DNA of 64,000 nucleotides from Eledone cirrhosa (Eukaryota). The DNA lies in the NCBI GenBank assembly GCA_964016885.1, contig OZ024743.1, positions 119,598,001-119,662,000 on the forward strand. Reading direction: 5' to 3'. Under the pieces are notes generated by a model. The model did not search any database. It saw only the letters and a list, made by a program, of their open reading frames with translations, and was not told the origin of the DNA. Both the position numbers and the translations under genes were made by a program. Positions 27,975 to 39,908 of this stretch are shown piece after piece. Each line of letters starts with the position of its first letter. Positions within the stretch are counted from its first letter, which is position 1.

Positions 27975-28428
27975 AAAGAATGGAGGTGTAATACACGAGT
28001 TGTGATATATTGGTAAAAGGAAAAGAAAATGCTGACAAATTGTTCCCAGTGAAAAATAGTTTAATTAGGAATAAGTAAAAATTAGTAATAAGTATTGGTT
28101 AGTATTCAGTTTTAGTTTTAAGTTTTAAGTTGCGCATTTCTAATGCTTTTCAAAAATAATTTTGAGATAGAGCGCCCGTGGTGTTTGCTCTAATCTGATT
28201 AGTTTGGGAAATTCTACCTGTTTTATGTGAAAAAAGTGGCTCCAGAGGTATTAAAATAAGTTTCGCGCCAATTCGTGTTGCAAAAATTCTTGTGGTCAAA
28301 ACAATTTTGATTGGTCGGTAGAGGTCACGTGAATGCTAAAAATTGATTTTGCGCCAAATGTAGGTTTGTCGAAGAGTGTCCTTTTTCGCCTGATTGAGAA
28401 GTCACTGAAAAATAAGTTTTTAAGACAA

Positions 28429-28484
<56 letters not shown>

Positions 28485-28591
28485 TAAAGAGGTTCATTGT
28501 TGTGATAATGGTCAGTAGGGATGTGTGTGAATTGCAGTCATGTTGAAAGGTCAACAGTTCAGGTGCCTATTAAGACAAATATATGTGTGTG

Positions 28592-28625
<34 letters not shown>

Positions 28626-29300
28626 GTAGAGTAATTCGTAGTAAAGGGATCGGTCAGTAGGAATGTGTCTGTACGTGTGTGGGGGATATTTTAACATGTT
28701 AAAAGATATTCTTCAGCTCTTGTCTTATACGGAGAAGTGTGTGTGTGTGTGTGTATGTCTCTTTGTATGTTAGTGTACGCGTGTGTATGTGTGTGTGTAT
28801 ATATGTGTGTGTGTGTGTGTATGTGTGTATGTGTGTGTGTGTGTGTGGGTGGGTGGACCAGTATTTTTGTGATACTGGTAAAAATGGTGTACATTATTCG
28901 ATATTTTCAGCAAAAACGATTCTCTCAAGAGCACATCAAAAACATTAATAATAAAAGGTGTGAAATGATATATAGTATTGTCATAACACCAAGGTGTGTG
29001 TGAGTGTCCAGATTGTACGTACTGCAAGGGGAATCCATTAGGCCCTGCCGTATTGGAATACTTGTGTACAAATATGTATGTGCCCATCAGTGTGCAATGC
29101 ATGTGTGTGTATATGTATGTGTATGTCGGCACGTTTATATCTATAGACATCAAAAGGTATGCAAATTTGTGTATATTTGTGTTGCACCATAGAACATATG
29201 TGTTTACGTATATCATTGTGTTTATATGTGGATAGTGATGTATGTAGGATGTATGCTGATGTAGGTATGTATGTTGACGTGTGTATGTTGTGGGTTCGTC

Positions 29301-29575
29301 TTAGGGAAAAGTGTTTAGACGGGGTCCGTATTTGTTAATAAAGTGAGATTCCTTGCTGATGCGCTGGGTGTGGGTGGCATTATCTTTAAATTTGTAGAGG
29401 GGAAAGATTCTAAAGTTGGGATGATTTTGGGCGGCACAGGTATCAATGTGTATCACTCAGAGGTATTTTCCTGTATTCCCGTATTTTAATTTGGGATCTA
29501 TGGAGAGTCATGCGTTGGCGGAGGCTGTTTTTGGTATTGTTCTCGACAACCTGAGCAAGTTAATACATATATTAG
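29301..29575 (-). pseudogene. 5'-truncated PLE GIY-YIG fragment (third family)
   Basis: LIYVLTCSGCREQY[deletion]KNSLRQRMTLHRSQI..YRKIPLS.HIDTCA..FRIFPLYKF..RISKESHFINKYGPRLN; AC-rich UTR continues to ~28690. Confidence 0.7.
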
Positions 29576-29942
29576 AATATGGGAATACAGGAAAATACCA
29601 CTGAGTGAACACATTGATACCTGTGCCGCCCAAAATCATCCCAACTTTAGAATATTTCCCCTCTACAAATTTAAAGATAATGCCACCCACACCCAGCGCA
29701 TCAGCAAGGAATCTCACTTTATTTTGGTACGCTTTCATCAGATAAAATACAAAGTTTGTTTTCTAAATAGAGACATACCCATGAAAATCATACCTTATCG
29801 GTTGGAAATTCACTGGATAGTGGAAATATATTATGGATTTCTCAAACTTTTGTGTGAATATGCAAATGAATATGTAAATAATTGAAAAACAACCGTTTAT
29901 GTAAATGACTATGGAGAGAGAGAGAGAGAGAGAGAGGGGGGG

Positions 29943-29973
<31 letters not shown>

Positions 29974-31421
29974 AGAGAGAGACAGAAGTGATAAGAGAAG
30001 GATAAAATAGTGCGAGAGAGAGAAGAAAGAAACAAGAGAAGATGAATAAAAACTCATATAACGTTAATTTGAGGGAAATATATTCTAAGTATATATCTTA
30101 ATAGTACGTGTATTTACGATTATTAGTTGTTTAAAATTTGTTTATAAATTAATATTTTTCTTCTGTTATAAGTAGATAAATAAATAAATAAATAAATAGA
30201 TGGGTATATCATGTTATAGATAATTATTCTAATGGGTTATGAGGGAAATTGGTTTTGTATTTAATGTAAATAAATATTAAGTTAAATTAAATTAAATTAA
30301 TGGAATAACCACAAATGCTCTTTCCGAAGATTTGATAAAAAATCTTCAACTTCTCTTTCAAACCTGATATGGAACTTAAAATGCAAGAATATGGACTATT
30401 CATTAGCTTGGGAAACAGTTTCAAAAACACCCGCGTACTGAAACACAGCTTTATCTAGATTCTGCAAATTGTGTACTGAGGAATTTTTTTTCATACTTAA
30501 ATGTAAAAACTCTATTAATCTAAGAACGAATTTATTTAATTCTTGTAGACATCGCCAGAATTCAACATTCAGAACTATATATAACTTATAATTATACTTA
30601 TAATATTTCTACTTATTTCCATAACAATCTCATCAACTTGGTTTAAATAAATTGATATCTCTAAATCATAATATCTATAACATTTGCTGTAATTCCACTT
30701 CTTAAAGTTTCTTAAATATATACGTATATAATTCTAATCTTTTTATTTAATTTTAATTTTAATTTTAATAATTTTTATTTCTTTATTTTTATTCCTTTAA
30801 TTTTTATTTCTTTAAAAATTACTTATCTCTTATAAATTTTTTTTTTTTTAATTTTCTCAAATTTTTCAATATTTTTTTAATACTTTATCAATATTTTTTC
30901 AATATTTTTCAATAGATTTATAACCACTAAGTGATTCTGGCTAAATGTATCTTTCAATATCCATACTTATTTTGACTAAATAGTCTCACAATAACGAATA
31001 AATTAAATTAAACCGGAGTTTTTTCCGTATCTTCCCATTTTAAATCATATAAATATAAATATTCTTATTAACTCAGTTAATTTAATTTAATTTAACTTAA
31101 TATTTATTTACATTAAATACAAAACCAATATCCCTCATAACCCATTAGAACAATTATCTATAACATGATATACCCATCTATTTATTTATTTAATTATTTA
31201 TTTATGTATTTATTTATCTACTTAAAACAGAAGAAAAATATTATATTATAAACAAATTTTAAACAACTAATAATCGTAAATACGCGTACTATTAAGATAT
31301 ATACTTAGAATATATTTCCCTCAAATTAACGTTATATGAGTTTTTATTCATCTTCTCTTGTTTCTTTCTTCTCTCTCTCGCACTATTTTATCCTTCTCTT
31401 ATCACTTCTGTCTCTCTCTCT

Positions 31422-31454
<33 letters not shown>

Positions 31455-32005
31455 CCCCCCCTCTCTCTCTCTCTCTCTCTCTCCATAGTCATTTACATAA
31501 ACGGTTGTTTTTCAATTATTTACATATTCATTTGCATATTCACACAAAAGTTTGAGAAATCCATAATATATTTCCACTATCCAGTGAATTTCCAACCGAT
31601 AAGGTATGATTTTCATGGGTATGTCTCTATTTAGAAAACAAACTTTGTATTTTATCTGATGAAAGCGTACCAAAATAAAGTGAGATTCCTTGCTGATGCG
31701 CTGGGTGTGGGTGGCATTATCTTTAAATTTGTAGAGGGGAAATATTCTAAAGTTGGGATGATTTTGGGCGGCACAGGTATCAATGTGTTCACTCAGTGGT
31801 ATTTTCCTGTATTCCCATATTCTAATATATGTATTAACTTGCTCAGGTTGTCGAGAACAATACCAAAAACAGCCTCCGCCAACGCATGACTCTCCATAGA
31901 TCCCAAATTAAAATACGGGAATACAGGAAAATACCTCTGAGTGATACACATTGATACCTGTGCCGCCCAAAATCATCCCAACTTTAGAATCTTTCCCCTC
32001 TACAA
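29392..32005. repeat. ~910-bp inverted repeat (29392-30300 / 31077-32005) with ~780-bp spacer; each arm has an internal inverted repeat
   Basis: Identical ORF translations on opposite strands (29508-29738 - and 31659-31889 +); inner IR 29338-29490 / 29572-29722. Confidence 0.9.
30300..30600 (+). pseudogene. Decayed PLE C-terminus (Neptune-like) in the IR spacer
   Basis: SRFCKLCTEEFFFILKCKNSINLRTNLFNSCRHR matches the CxLCxxE...N.R...SCRH motif. Confidence 0.65.
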
Positions 32006-32649
32006 TAATTAAATATATAGATGCACGCATCCATATACGTACATACACATGCATACGCGAAAACACCCGCCATGGATATGCAAATACAGGCACGTACACA
32101 AAACCACACGCACACATACAAAAACCCACGCAACGCCTGTACCCGCACACATACGAACGTATACACCAGATACAAATAAAACATATATAAAATATATATA
32201 TATATACATGTGTGTGTGTGCGTGTGTGTGTACACATATAATTATATAAACGTATATAAATATACACACATAAATGCGTATATAACGCGCGCACACACAT
32301 GTGCACATGTAAATACACATATGTTCGCTAAACCCACGTCAACCAAAACACAAAGTACACATATACATACACCCTACATACGTTCAAACCAGCATACACA
32401 CACAAACGCAAAACTCGCACATACACATAACCATATGCACATGTACCAGTATATATAATATAATATATACGCCCATAACAAATACAAGCAAATATACGTA
32501 CGAGAAAGTATACGTACCTTCATAAAACATACAGGTAATATATACTTACCTATACAAATAAGTAATGGTATACACATAAACTATACTTAGCTACCACATC
32601 AAGATGTAAATCATCCGCGTATAGTTCGTACTATCCGTGAGGGATAAAG

Positions 32650-34110
32650 TGGGGCTGTAATACAGGAAAGTTTTGTGCAATTTATGTTTACAAGCCGAAA
32701 TTGCCTCAGATTTTTTGTTTAAGATGTGGTCATTTGCGTAGAGTATTTCCAGGGTTTCAGCGGCGCAGAGGTCACATAGTCTTTTATTTCCGTTATAAGA
32801 TCTAGCCTTAGTTAGGATCTCCCAGTGTAACCTATATTGGGTGTGGTTGTCTTTTAGACTCCAGATATAAGCTGAAAGTCACATCATATTCCTTCTTAAA
32901 GTGTTAATAAAAGGATGGGTATGCATGTAAAGACGCTGCTTGAATCTATTGGCGGTTAACCCTATGTAGGCCCTACGAGATGTGGGTGTCTCAACCTTAC
33001 ATTTGTAGACAATGTTACTAGAGAGGCATTTACCGGATAGGGGGCAGTCAACCCGATTCCTACAATTACAGTTAGTACTAGCTACAGGGTTGCACGTGTT
33101 CTTACGACTAGGTAATTTAGCTAAATTTGAAGCAGTGATGTTATGTGCAAAGGTAGGAGTCGTAGAGTAAGAAATGTTAATGGTATTTCTATTAAAAATT
33201 TTATTATACTTATATGCTGGGGGATATGCTTCATAATAAGGGAGAGAAAGATCTTAGCAAATGGTGTGGCCACCTCCATATTATATGGTGGGTTATACCA
33301 TATAATGCGTCGGAATCTATTTTTCCTAGGTCTATGCTCATACTCGGTATATGCTACCTTATCGACAAATCCACTCCGAGCAAGAGCGACATTGTAATAT
33401 GTGGAATGGTCGGTGAAAATATGCTCGTTTGTAGATAGACGGGAAAGCCTCAAAGAAACGCTTCTTACGAGGTTCTTGGTTATGCTGGCAGGATGGTTAG
33501 AATGCTTGCTTATGTAATTAAACGTATCATTCGGCTTTCCATACGGGTAGTGCAAGCGATTCGAGAAATTGAGGGTAACGTCAAGGTAATTAACGACTGA
33601 GAGGTTGGCCTCAACCTGTATGGAGAGGTTGAAGCCTTTAAAGAAGGCTGTGAGTTCTTTTCTGAACCTGTCGCAAGCGCGTGGGCCGCATTTTGTCATG
33701 GTCAAAAGACCGTCATCACGGTACAAACCACCGCCCACGTTGGGGAATTCTTCCTTGATAGAGAAAAGAAGGAAAAGGCCGATAAGATCAGTAACCTCCG
33801 CAGAATCGCTGGCGCCCATACTCACATCGAATGGGGTACTATTAGATTTTTTAATCCAAATAGAGTCGTCGAAATTAATCACCGACTTACGGGCATTGAG
33901 GATGAAATCCTTAACCACCGTGAGCGTTTTAGCGAAATTGATAGCTCTGAGAAGGAGTGGTAAAGTGATAGAGGAGTAGTAAGTATTGATGTCGAATTGG
34001 ATAAAACGGCAATGTTCCTTGTTGCATATGCCGTTGAACCAACCAATCACCGTGAAAGAATTGTTCCACTGTGCAAGAGGATTTGTGATCCTTCAGGGTA
34101 AAGTGGGGAG
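32650..34110 (-). pseudogene. Frameshifted PLE RT-GIY-YIG (Neptune-like); includes ORF 33121-34050
   Basis: FTLKDHK; FIQFDINTYYSSI; FDVSMGASDSAEVTDLIG; GLYRDDGL; VNYLDVTL; IIWYNPPY; then CNCRNRVDCPLSGKCLSSNIVYKC...AYIGLTANRFKQR...LCDLCAAE...LNKKSEAISACKH. Confidence 0.9.
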
Positions 34111-34542
34111 AAATAGGGTCCAGATGTTCAGTCCGGTCCCACCTAATAGAATATTAGTCTACGACTTCATTTATATCATGAACGTGGTTTTGTCTTTGCG
34201 TGCAATTGTTTTCCACGCTCCAAATAATGACGTATTATCTTCGTTTTTTTTTCATTCTTTGCCAGAGGACGTTTCCACGAACCAAAGTATCGTCTTCCTG
34301 TCTTCCTTCGGTTGCAACGTTTTTCGAAATATTTACTTCTGCGTTCACAGATTTATGTTTTTAGTTTCAGAAGATACCGTTAATGGTGAAAGCAGCGATT
34401 CTTTGCTTAAACTTTAATCTGTTATTTTAATAAATACTTGCTCTATGGTTCTTATATATTTTATATATATTTATCCTTATCGAGCTCTCTTTGGATTTTA
34501 GTCTTCACATTTATTATTATTACTATATATATATATATATAC

Positions 34543-34608
<66 letters not shown>

Positions 34609-34865
34609 CGGCGATGAATTAGTTTTGCGAGGTTTTTTATATGAAATCGTGTGTCGAAACAGATATTGTTATATTTGGGGAGGGTCATATTTGCGTAATA
34701 TTGCCAGAATTAATAACAGAACACACTCACTGTTTGGTTGGTTTTCGCTTCTCGCTGTCTTTTATATATATATATCTGCGATCTAACTTACTCGGTCCTC
34801 AATGTTGCCATTGACTGACCGGCGGTCAAAAATAATACAGATACAATATAGACAAACACATATAT

Positions 34866-34922
34866 ATATAGTTTACATAAATCTTTCGTTGCACATCTGC
34901 AACATCGTCAGTGGTGTTATAT
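34866..34922 (-). ncRNA. Minimal hammerhead in the PLE pLTR (copy A, 3')
   Basis: CA|CTGACGA|T-GTTGCA-GATG-TGCAAC|GAAA|GATT|TA|TG; short stems I and III as in PLE minimal HHRs. Confidence 0.65.
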
Positions 34923-35183
34923 TCATTGTTCCTCCTGTTGTGTTGTATGTCTACGCCATTTTTTTTGTTCAGTCTGTCTATATATTTATTTATTTATTTG
35001 CTTGTTTGTTTATCTTATTTTATTTTGTCTTCTTTGCGCATGCGTTTGCGTGTGTGTATAGTGTTATGTGTGATGTGTGACTAGTGTGTATAGTGTTGTG
35101 TCTGCTGGGTGACTAGTGTGTGTTTATGTGCTTGTGTATGTATTTATTTATCTTATTTTATTTAATTTTATTTACTTATTTAT

Positions 35184-38100
35184 TTATACTTCTCTTAGGT
35201 CAGTGTTGTTTGTTTGGGTGTTGTTGTTGTTCCACTCATTCTTTCTGTTTAGCTTTGGTCTTCTAATTTCTATTTCACTGGCCTCTCTGATTTGCCTATC
35301 TGCTGGGTCATTCCTATGTTTAGATATTATTCTAATTTCTATGTTGTCTATGTTACCGTCATGATGTTGTCTAGCATGTTCGTATAGTACTGACCCGTTT
35401 TTTCGTACTTTTAGTTCCCCCCAGTGTTGGTCTATCCTTTCACCTATGCTACGAGCTGTCTCACCTATGTATGTTGTTGTCGTGTTTCTGCAAGTACCCT
35501 CTGTACATCTTATGCTATAGACTACGTTTCTAGTTTTACAGTTTATCCGGGGGTTCACCTTACATATGATACATTTCCTATTGGTACAGTGGGTTTTCTT
35601 AAAAGGGTAGGTTTTGCTGATCAGGGATTTTATGGTGGTTCCTGGCTTTTCTACCACCTTTATTTTTAAGTGGGTCTTTCTCAGGGCCTTTCTACACTGG
35701 TTAGCTAATTTCCCTCCAGGGGTGGCGTCCACAAACATGACACTCTGATATCTCTGGTTGTCGTACCATGATGTGGCCTTCCCTATCTTATGTCTAGCCC
35801 TATCTAAGCTATTCCATGATTTGCTCCTGTATAGTGGGCAAATTCCTTTCATGTCCAGTTCTATGAGGGTCTTATACTTTTCCATGGCTCCTTCGTATAC
35901 TCTGACTCTGTCTCTTTGGTTGTAGCCAGAGAACTGCATGCGGTTGATGAAGTGTTGGATGTGTCCTTCCATTTCTGTTGGGTCGCACATGCTGGACACA
36001 TTCTTCATCACTCGTACCAAATCTGCGATCAGAATATTAAACTTAGCACTACTGGACATTGCTGAGTTTTTGAGTATCAGGTATTTGGAGGCCATGGGTT
36101 TAGCATAGTGTGAGTGGAGAATTTGGGCTCTCTCGTCTATAGTGTTAATCCAGAGTTCTGTGTCTAATACAGGTAGTCTATTGTTAGGGTGTTTGGAAGG
36201 GAAGTCTATAGTTACAGTTATACTCTGGTGTATGGAATTAGCTATCTGCTGGATGCTTTCCATCGTGCTACGTTCTAAATCAAACTTGTTAGTGCTCTCT
36301 AGTGGGGGTGTTCTTATAACTATATTGATATCGTCTACATAACGAGAGTACATGATGAGGTCTATGGAGCTTTCATTAAGGAGATCTTTAAGTCTCCTTT
36401 CCCACCATACCATGAAAAGGTTGGCAACATCGCCAGCTATGCTGACGCCGATGGCTGCTCCCTCATTTTGGGTGTAGATTTTCTCATTGAACTTAAATAT
36501 GTGGCCCTTTACGGTAGTTTTGATACTAGCCCCTATTGCATGTGCGACCATTTTTCTTACCTGATCAGTGTTTTGGGGGGTCCGTATAGCTTTGGTCCAC
36601 CCAATCCACCTTCCTATGGGAGTCTTTTTAGCCATTGAGGTTATGGTGGGGGGTCTACCTCTTATAGGTCTACTAGGGCAGAAACATCTAAGGTCATGGC
36701 TGTCTAGGTAGTCAGTGTCGTAGGTAAGTCTAAGTAGGAGGCCCAGTTCGTCTGTGTCGACGTCGCAGAACTCCACCTCACTCTCAATGATCATCTCCAC
36801 ACATCTTTTCACAGCAAAATCAATGTTAATGGATGGGTACAGTGACACCACATCCATGCTGCCTATTATGCAGTTGGATAGGCTCCTGTTTTTGTTGCAC
36901 TCACTGATTCTGCTGAGGAGGTCCTCTGTACTTTCACATACATCTGGGGACATCTTGATTATGGGGCGTATAACCATTGAGAGGAAGTAGGAGATCCTGT
37001 AGTTGCTAGCTATATTAGCTCCGCATACAGGTCTTGTTGGTGGTCCTGTTGTCGGGTCGTCGACTGTCTTGTGGTCTTTGCGGAGCCCATACAAGGGTGG
37101 TATGCCATTGTTAGACGCCTGGAAGTTGTTGGCAGTGCGTCTGCTTGGCTTTAGGATGTCAGTCCACATCATCATGTGAGCGTTGAGGATTTTTTCTCTC
37201 CCATCGTGTGTTAGTTGTGCAACTTCGCTCGTGTTGGTGATGTGGGGTTGCATTGCCTCGATGTAGTTCGGCATGCTATCTATTGACATCCTACCAGACT
37301 TATCTGTGGGTAGACACACTACCTCACCATCCCTTGTGCGCTGCTTGAGGCTAACCAAGCCTTCTACAGGTTTTATCCCAAGTTGTTGGGCCTCTGGTCT
37401 GCTCTGTCTCATAGTGTACCTGTCTACTACTTGTCTAATCTTATTTCTAGCTATGGTGAACTGTGCCTCCGTCTCGTCATCTATTTGTTGTGGTATGCAA
37501 ACTCTTTTATTAAAGGGTAACCTCGTAGGATAGATATTACCCATCTTATATGTTTTGTCAGCTGGGTTGAAAAATAGTTTCTCTAAGGGGTTGTCGTTAT
37601 TTCTATCGTCATAGTTGTGTGTGTTGCTATTATTATTATCATGGTGGTTGTTGTTGTTTCTATCATTAGCATTAATATTATTATTGTTATGATTGCTAGA
37701 TGTATTGTTGTTTACTTCACCGTTATTGTTGTTGTTGTTACTGCTATTTCTACCATTGTGGTTGTTACTATTATTATGTTTCTTGTTTTTGTTGATGTTG
37801 CTACATGTACTATTTCCATTATTACCACTGTGGTTATTGTTGTTGTTGTTCGTATTGTTACCGTTATTACTACTGTGGTCACTGTTGCTGTGTCTGTGGT
37901 TAACGTTTCTATTATTATTATTATTGTGGTTGTTGTTGTTCTGTCTATCGCTAGTATTATTACCATTATCACTATTTCTCACTTTCCTGCCATTGTTATG
38001 GTTATGGCTGTTATTTCTATACCCAGAGTTATTGTTTATATTACTACTACCGTTATTATTGTTGTTGTTGTTTACCTTTGCATTCCAACGTATTTTTGTG

Positions 38101-38813
38101 AAACACTTTTCCAGCTCCGTTTTGCATTCCATAGGGTTAATCTTTTTGTAGATGGCAAATGTTGGTGGTAACTTTAGGATTTGTTGTTCTTGTTCACTGA
38201 TTAAAGTGTTCCCATAGATATTTACTGTGTGGTCATTGGTAAATTCTTCCGGTAGTTTTACATCACTCATACGGATGTTGTCGATGTTATCTGGGTATTT
38301 TTGAGAATATTCGATTTTCCTTTCTTGTAGTTTTTTCTTATTCATCCATTCTAATTTCTTCTTGAAATGCCTACAGCATTCGTTTTGAGCATATTTCGTT
38401 TCGCGTCGGATGACGCTCATGAAGTCATCTCTCTCGTTTGCTGTGATGAGATTTCGGATTTCCTTACCGTTGATGCGTTTTTGTCTGTAGAGTGCGTTGA
38501 CTTTTGTGTATGTTGTTCTTTTCATATTAACTGTTATTGTGTGTTTTAGCCGTTCAGCTTGTGTTTTGTTCAATAATAAATTATTTACTTGTTTTGATAT
38601 GTTTGTTGTGTATGTTTTGGAGGAAACACAGTGTTTTAAGAAGCGGATTTGTTCTGTTGTTATTGTAGTTTTTATATAACAGAAAACAGTGTCTTTCAAT
38701 AACCTTTCAGCTTGGCACAAGCTAATGCCATAGCGGCGATGAATTAGTTTTGCGAGGTTTTTTATATGAAATCGTGTGTCGAAACAGATATTGTTATATT
38801 TGGGGAGGGTCAT
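35184..38813 (-). CDS. Intact PLE protein: RT plus C-terminal GIY-YIG endonuclease, 1209 aa, with Asn-rich insert
   Basis: LYGLRKDHK, PTRPVCGA, SMDVVSLYPSI, QNEGAAIG, RYVDD, LPVLD; Cys linker CTNRKCIIC; NVVYSIRC...TYIGETARSIGERIDQH...RQIREASEI...PKLN. Confidence 0.95.
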   Translation of the reverse strand: MTLPKYNNICFDTRFHIKNLAKLIHRRYGISLCQAERLLKDTVFCYIKTTITTEQIRFLKHCVSSKTYTTNISKQVNNLLLNKTQAERLKHTITVNMKRTTYTKVNALYRQKRINGKEIRNLITANERDDFMSVIRRETKYAQNECCRHFKKKLEWMNKKKLQERKIEYSQKYPDNIDNIRMSDVKLPEEFTNDHTVNIYGNTLISEQEQQILKLPPTFAIYKKINPMECKTELEKCFTKIRWNAKVNNNNNNNGSSNINNNSGYRNNSHNHNNGRKVRNSDNGNNTSDRQNNNNHNNNNNRNVNHRHSNSDHSSNNGNNTNNNNNNHSGNNGNSTCSNINKNKKHNNSNNHNGRNSSNNNNNNGEVNNNTSSNHNNNNINANDRNNNNHHDNNNSNTHNYDDRNNDNPLEKLFFNPADKTYKMGNIYPTRLPFNKRVCIPQQIDDETEAQFTIARNKIRQVVDRYTMRQSRPEAQQLGIKPVEGLVSLKQRTRDGEVVCLPTDKSGRMSIDSMPNYIEAMQPHITNTSEVAQLTHDGREKILNAHMMMWTDILKPSRRTANNFQASNNGIPPLYGLRKDHKTVDDPTTGPPTRPVCGANIASNYRISYFLSMVIRPIIKMSPDVCESTEDLLSRISECNKNRSLSNCIIGSMDVVSLYPSINIDFAVKRCVEMIIESEVEFCDVDTDELGLLLRLTYDTDYLDSHDLRCFCPSRPIRGRPPTITSMAKKTPIGRWIGWTKAIRTPQNTDQVRKMVAHAIGASIKTTVKGHIFKFNEKIYTQNEGAAIGVSIAGDVANLFMVWWERRLKDLLNESSIDLIMYSRYVDDINIVIRTPPLESTNKFDLERSTMESIQQIANSIHQSITVTIDFPSKHPNNRLPVLDTELWINTIDERAQILHSHYAKPMASKYLILKNSAMSSSAKFNILIADLVRVMKNVSSMCDPTEMEGHIQHFINRMQFSGYNQRDRVRVYEGAMEKYKTLIELDMKGICPLYRSKSWNSLDRARHKIGKATSWYDNQRYQSVMFVDATPGGKLANQCRKALRKTHLKIKVVEKPGTTIKSLISKTYPFKKTHCTNRKCIICKVNPRINCKTRNVVYSIRCTEGTCRNTTTTYIGETARSIGERIDQHWGELKVRKNGSVLYEHARQHHDGNIDNIEIRIISKHRNDPADRQIREASEIEIRRPKLNRKNEWNNNNTQTNNTDLREV

Positions 38814-38990
38814 ATTTGCGTAATATTGCCAGAATTAATAACAGAACACACTCACTGTTTGGTTGGTTTTCGCTTCTCGCTGTCTTTTATATATATATAT
38901 CTGCGATCTAACTTACTCGGTCCTCAATGTTGCCATTGACTGACCGGCGGTCAAAAATAATACAGATACAATATAGACAAACACATATAT

Positions 38991-39047
38991 ATATAGTTTA
39001 CATAAATCTTTCGTTGCACATCTGCAACATCGTCAGTGGTGTTATAT
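38991..39047 (-). ncRNA. Minimal hammerhead in the PLE pLTR (copy A, 5')
   Basis: Same motif as 34866-34922. Confidence 0.65.
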
Positions 39048-39908
39048 TCATTGTTCCTCCTGTTGTGTTGTATGTCTACGCCATTTTTTTTTTTTTTGTT
39101 CAGTCTGTCTATATATTTATTTATTTATTTGCTTGTTTGTTTATCTTATTTTATTTTGTCTTCTTTGCGCATGCGTTTGCGTGTGTGTATAGTGTTATGT
39201 GTGATGTGTGACTAGTGTGTATAGTGTTGTGTCTGCTGGGTGACTAGTGTGTGTTTATGTGCTTGTGTATGTATTTATTTATCTTATTTAATTTAATTTA
39301 ATTTAATTTACTTATTTATTTATACTTCTCTTAGGTCAGTGTTGTTTGTTTGGGTGTTGTTGTTGTTCCACTCATTCTTTCTGCTTAGCTTTGGTCTTCT
39401 AATTTCTATTTCACTGGCCTCTCTGATTTGCCTATCTGCTGGGTCATTCCTATGTTTAGATATTATTCTAATTTCTATGTTGTCTATGTTACCGTCATGA
39501 TGTTGTCTAGCATGTTCGTATAGTACTGACCCGTTTTTTCGTCCTTTTAGTTCCCCCCAGTGTTGGTCTATCCTTTCACCTATGCTACGAGCTGTCTCAC
39601 CTATGTATGTTGTTGTCGTGTTTCTGCAAGTACCCTCTGTACATCTTATGCTATAGACTACGTTTCTAGTTTTACAGTTTATCCACTGACGATGTTGCAG
39701 ATGTGCAACGAAAGATTTATGTAAACTATATATATATGTGTTTGTCTATATTGTATCTGTATTATTTTTGACCGCCGGTCAGTCAATGGCAACATTGAGG
39801 ACCGAGTAAGTTAGATCGCAGATATATATATATAAAAGACAGCGAGAAGCGAAAACCAACCAAACAGTGAGTGTGTTCTGTTATTAATTCTGGCAATATT
39901 ACGCAAAT

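Larger units (their letters stand above)
34605..39684 (-). mobile_element. Penelope-like element copy A (partial tandem, ~1.2 units)
   Basis: Order on minus strand: ORF 3' fragment (39684-39323), UTR, full ORF, UTR, first 28 codons, (TA)n; unit length 4125 nt. Confidence 0.95.

Noticed and set aside
34262-34305. Degenerate HHR on the minus strand (CAGGAAGA...GAAACGTC)
   Set aside because: Core is mutated and cannot be supported without a consensus
37617-38171. Hydrophobic poly-Leu/Val/Ile ORFs (also 40551-41105 and 55682-56062)
   Set aside because: Antisense or alternative frames of Asn-rich tracts in retroelement ORFs
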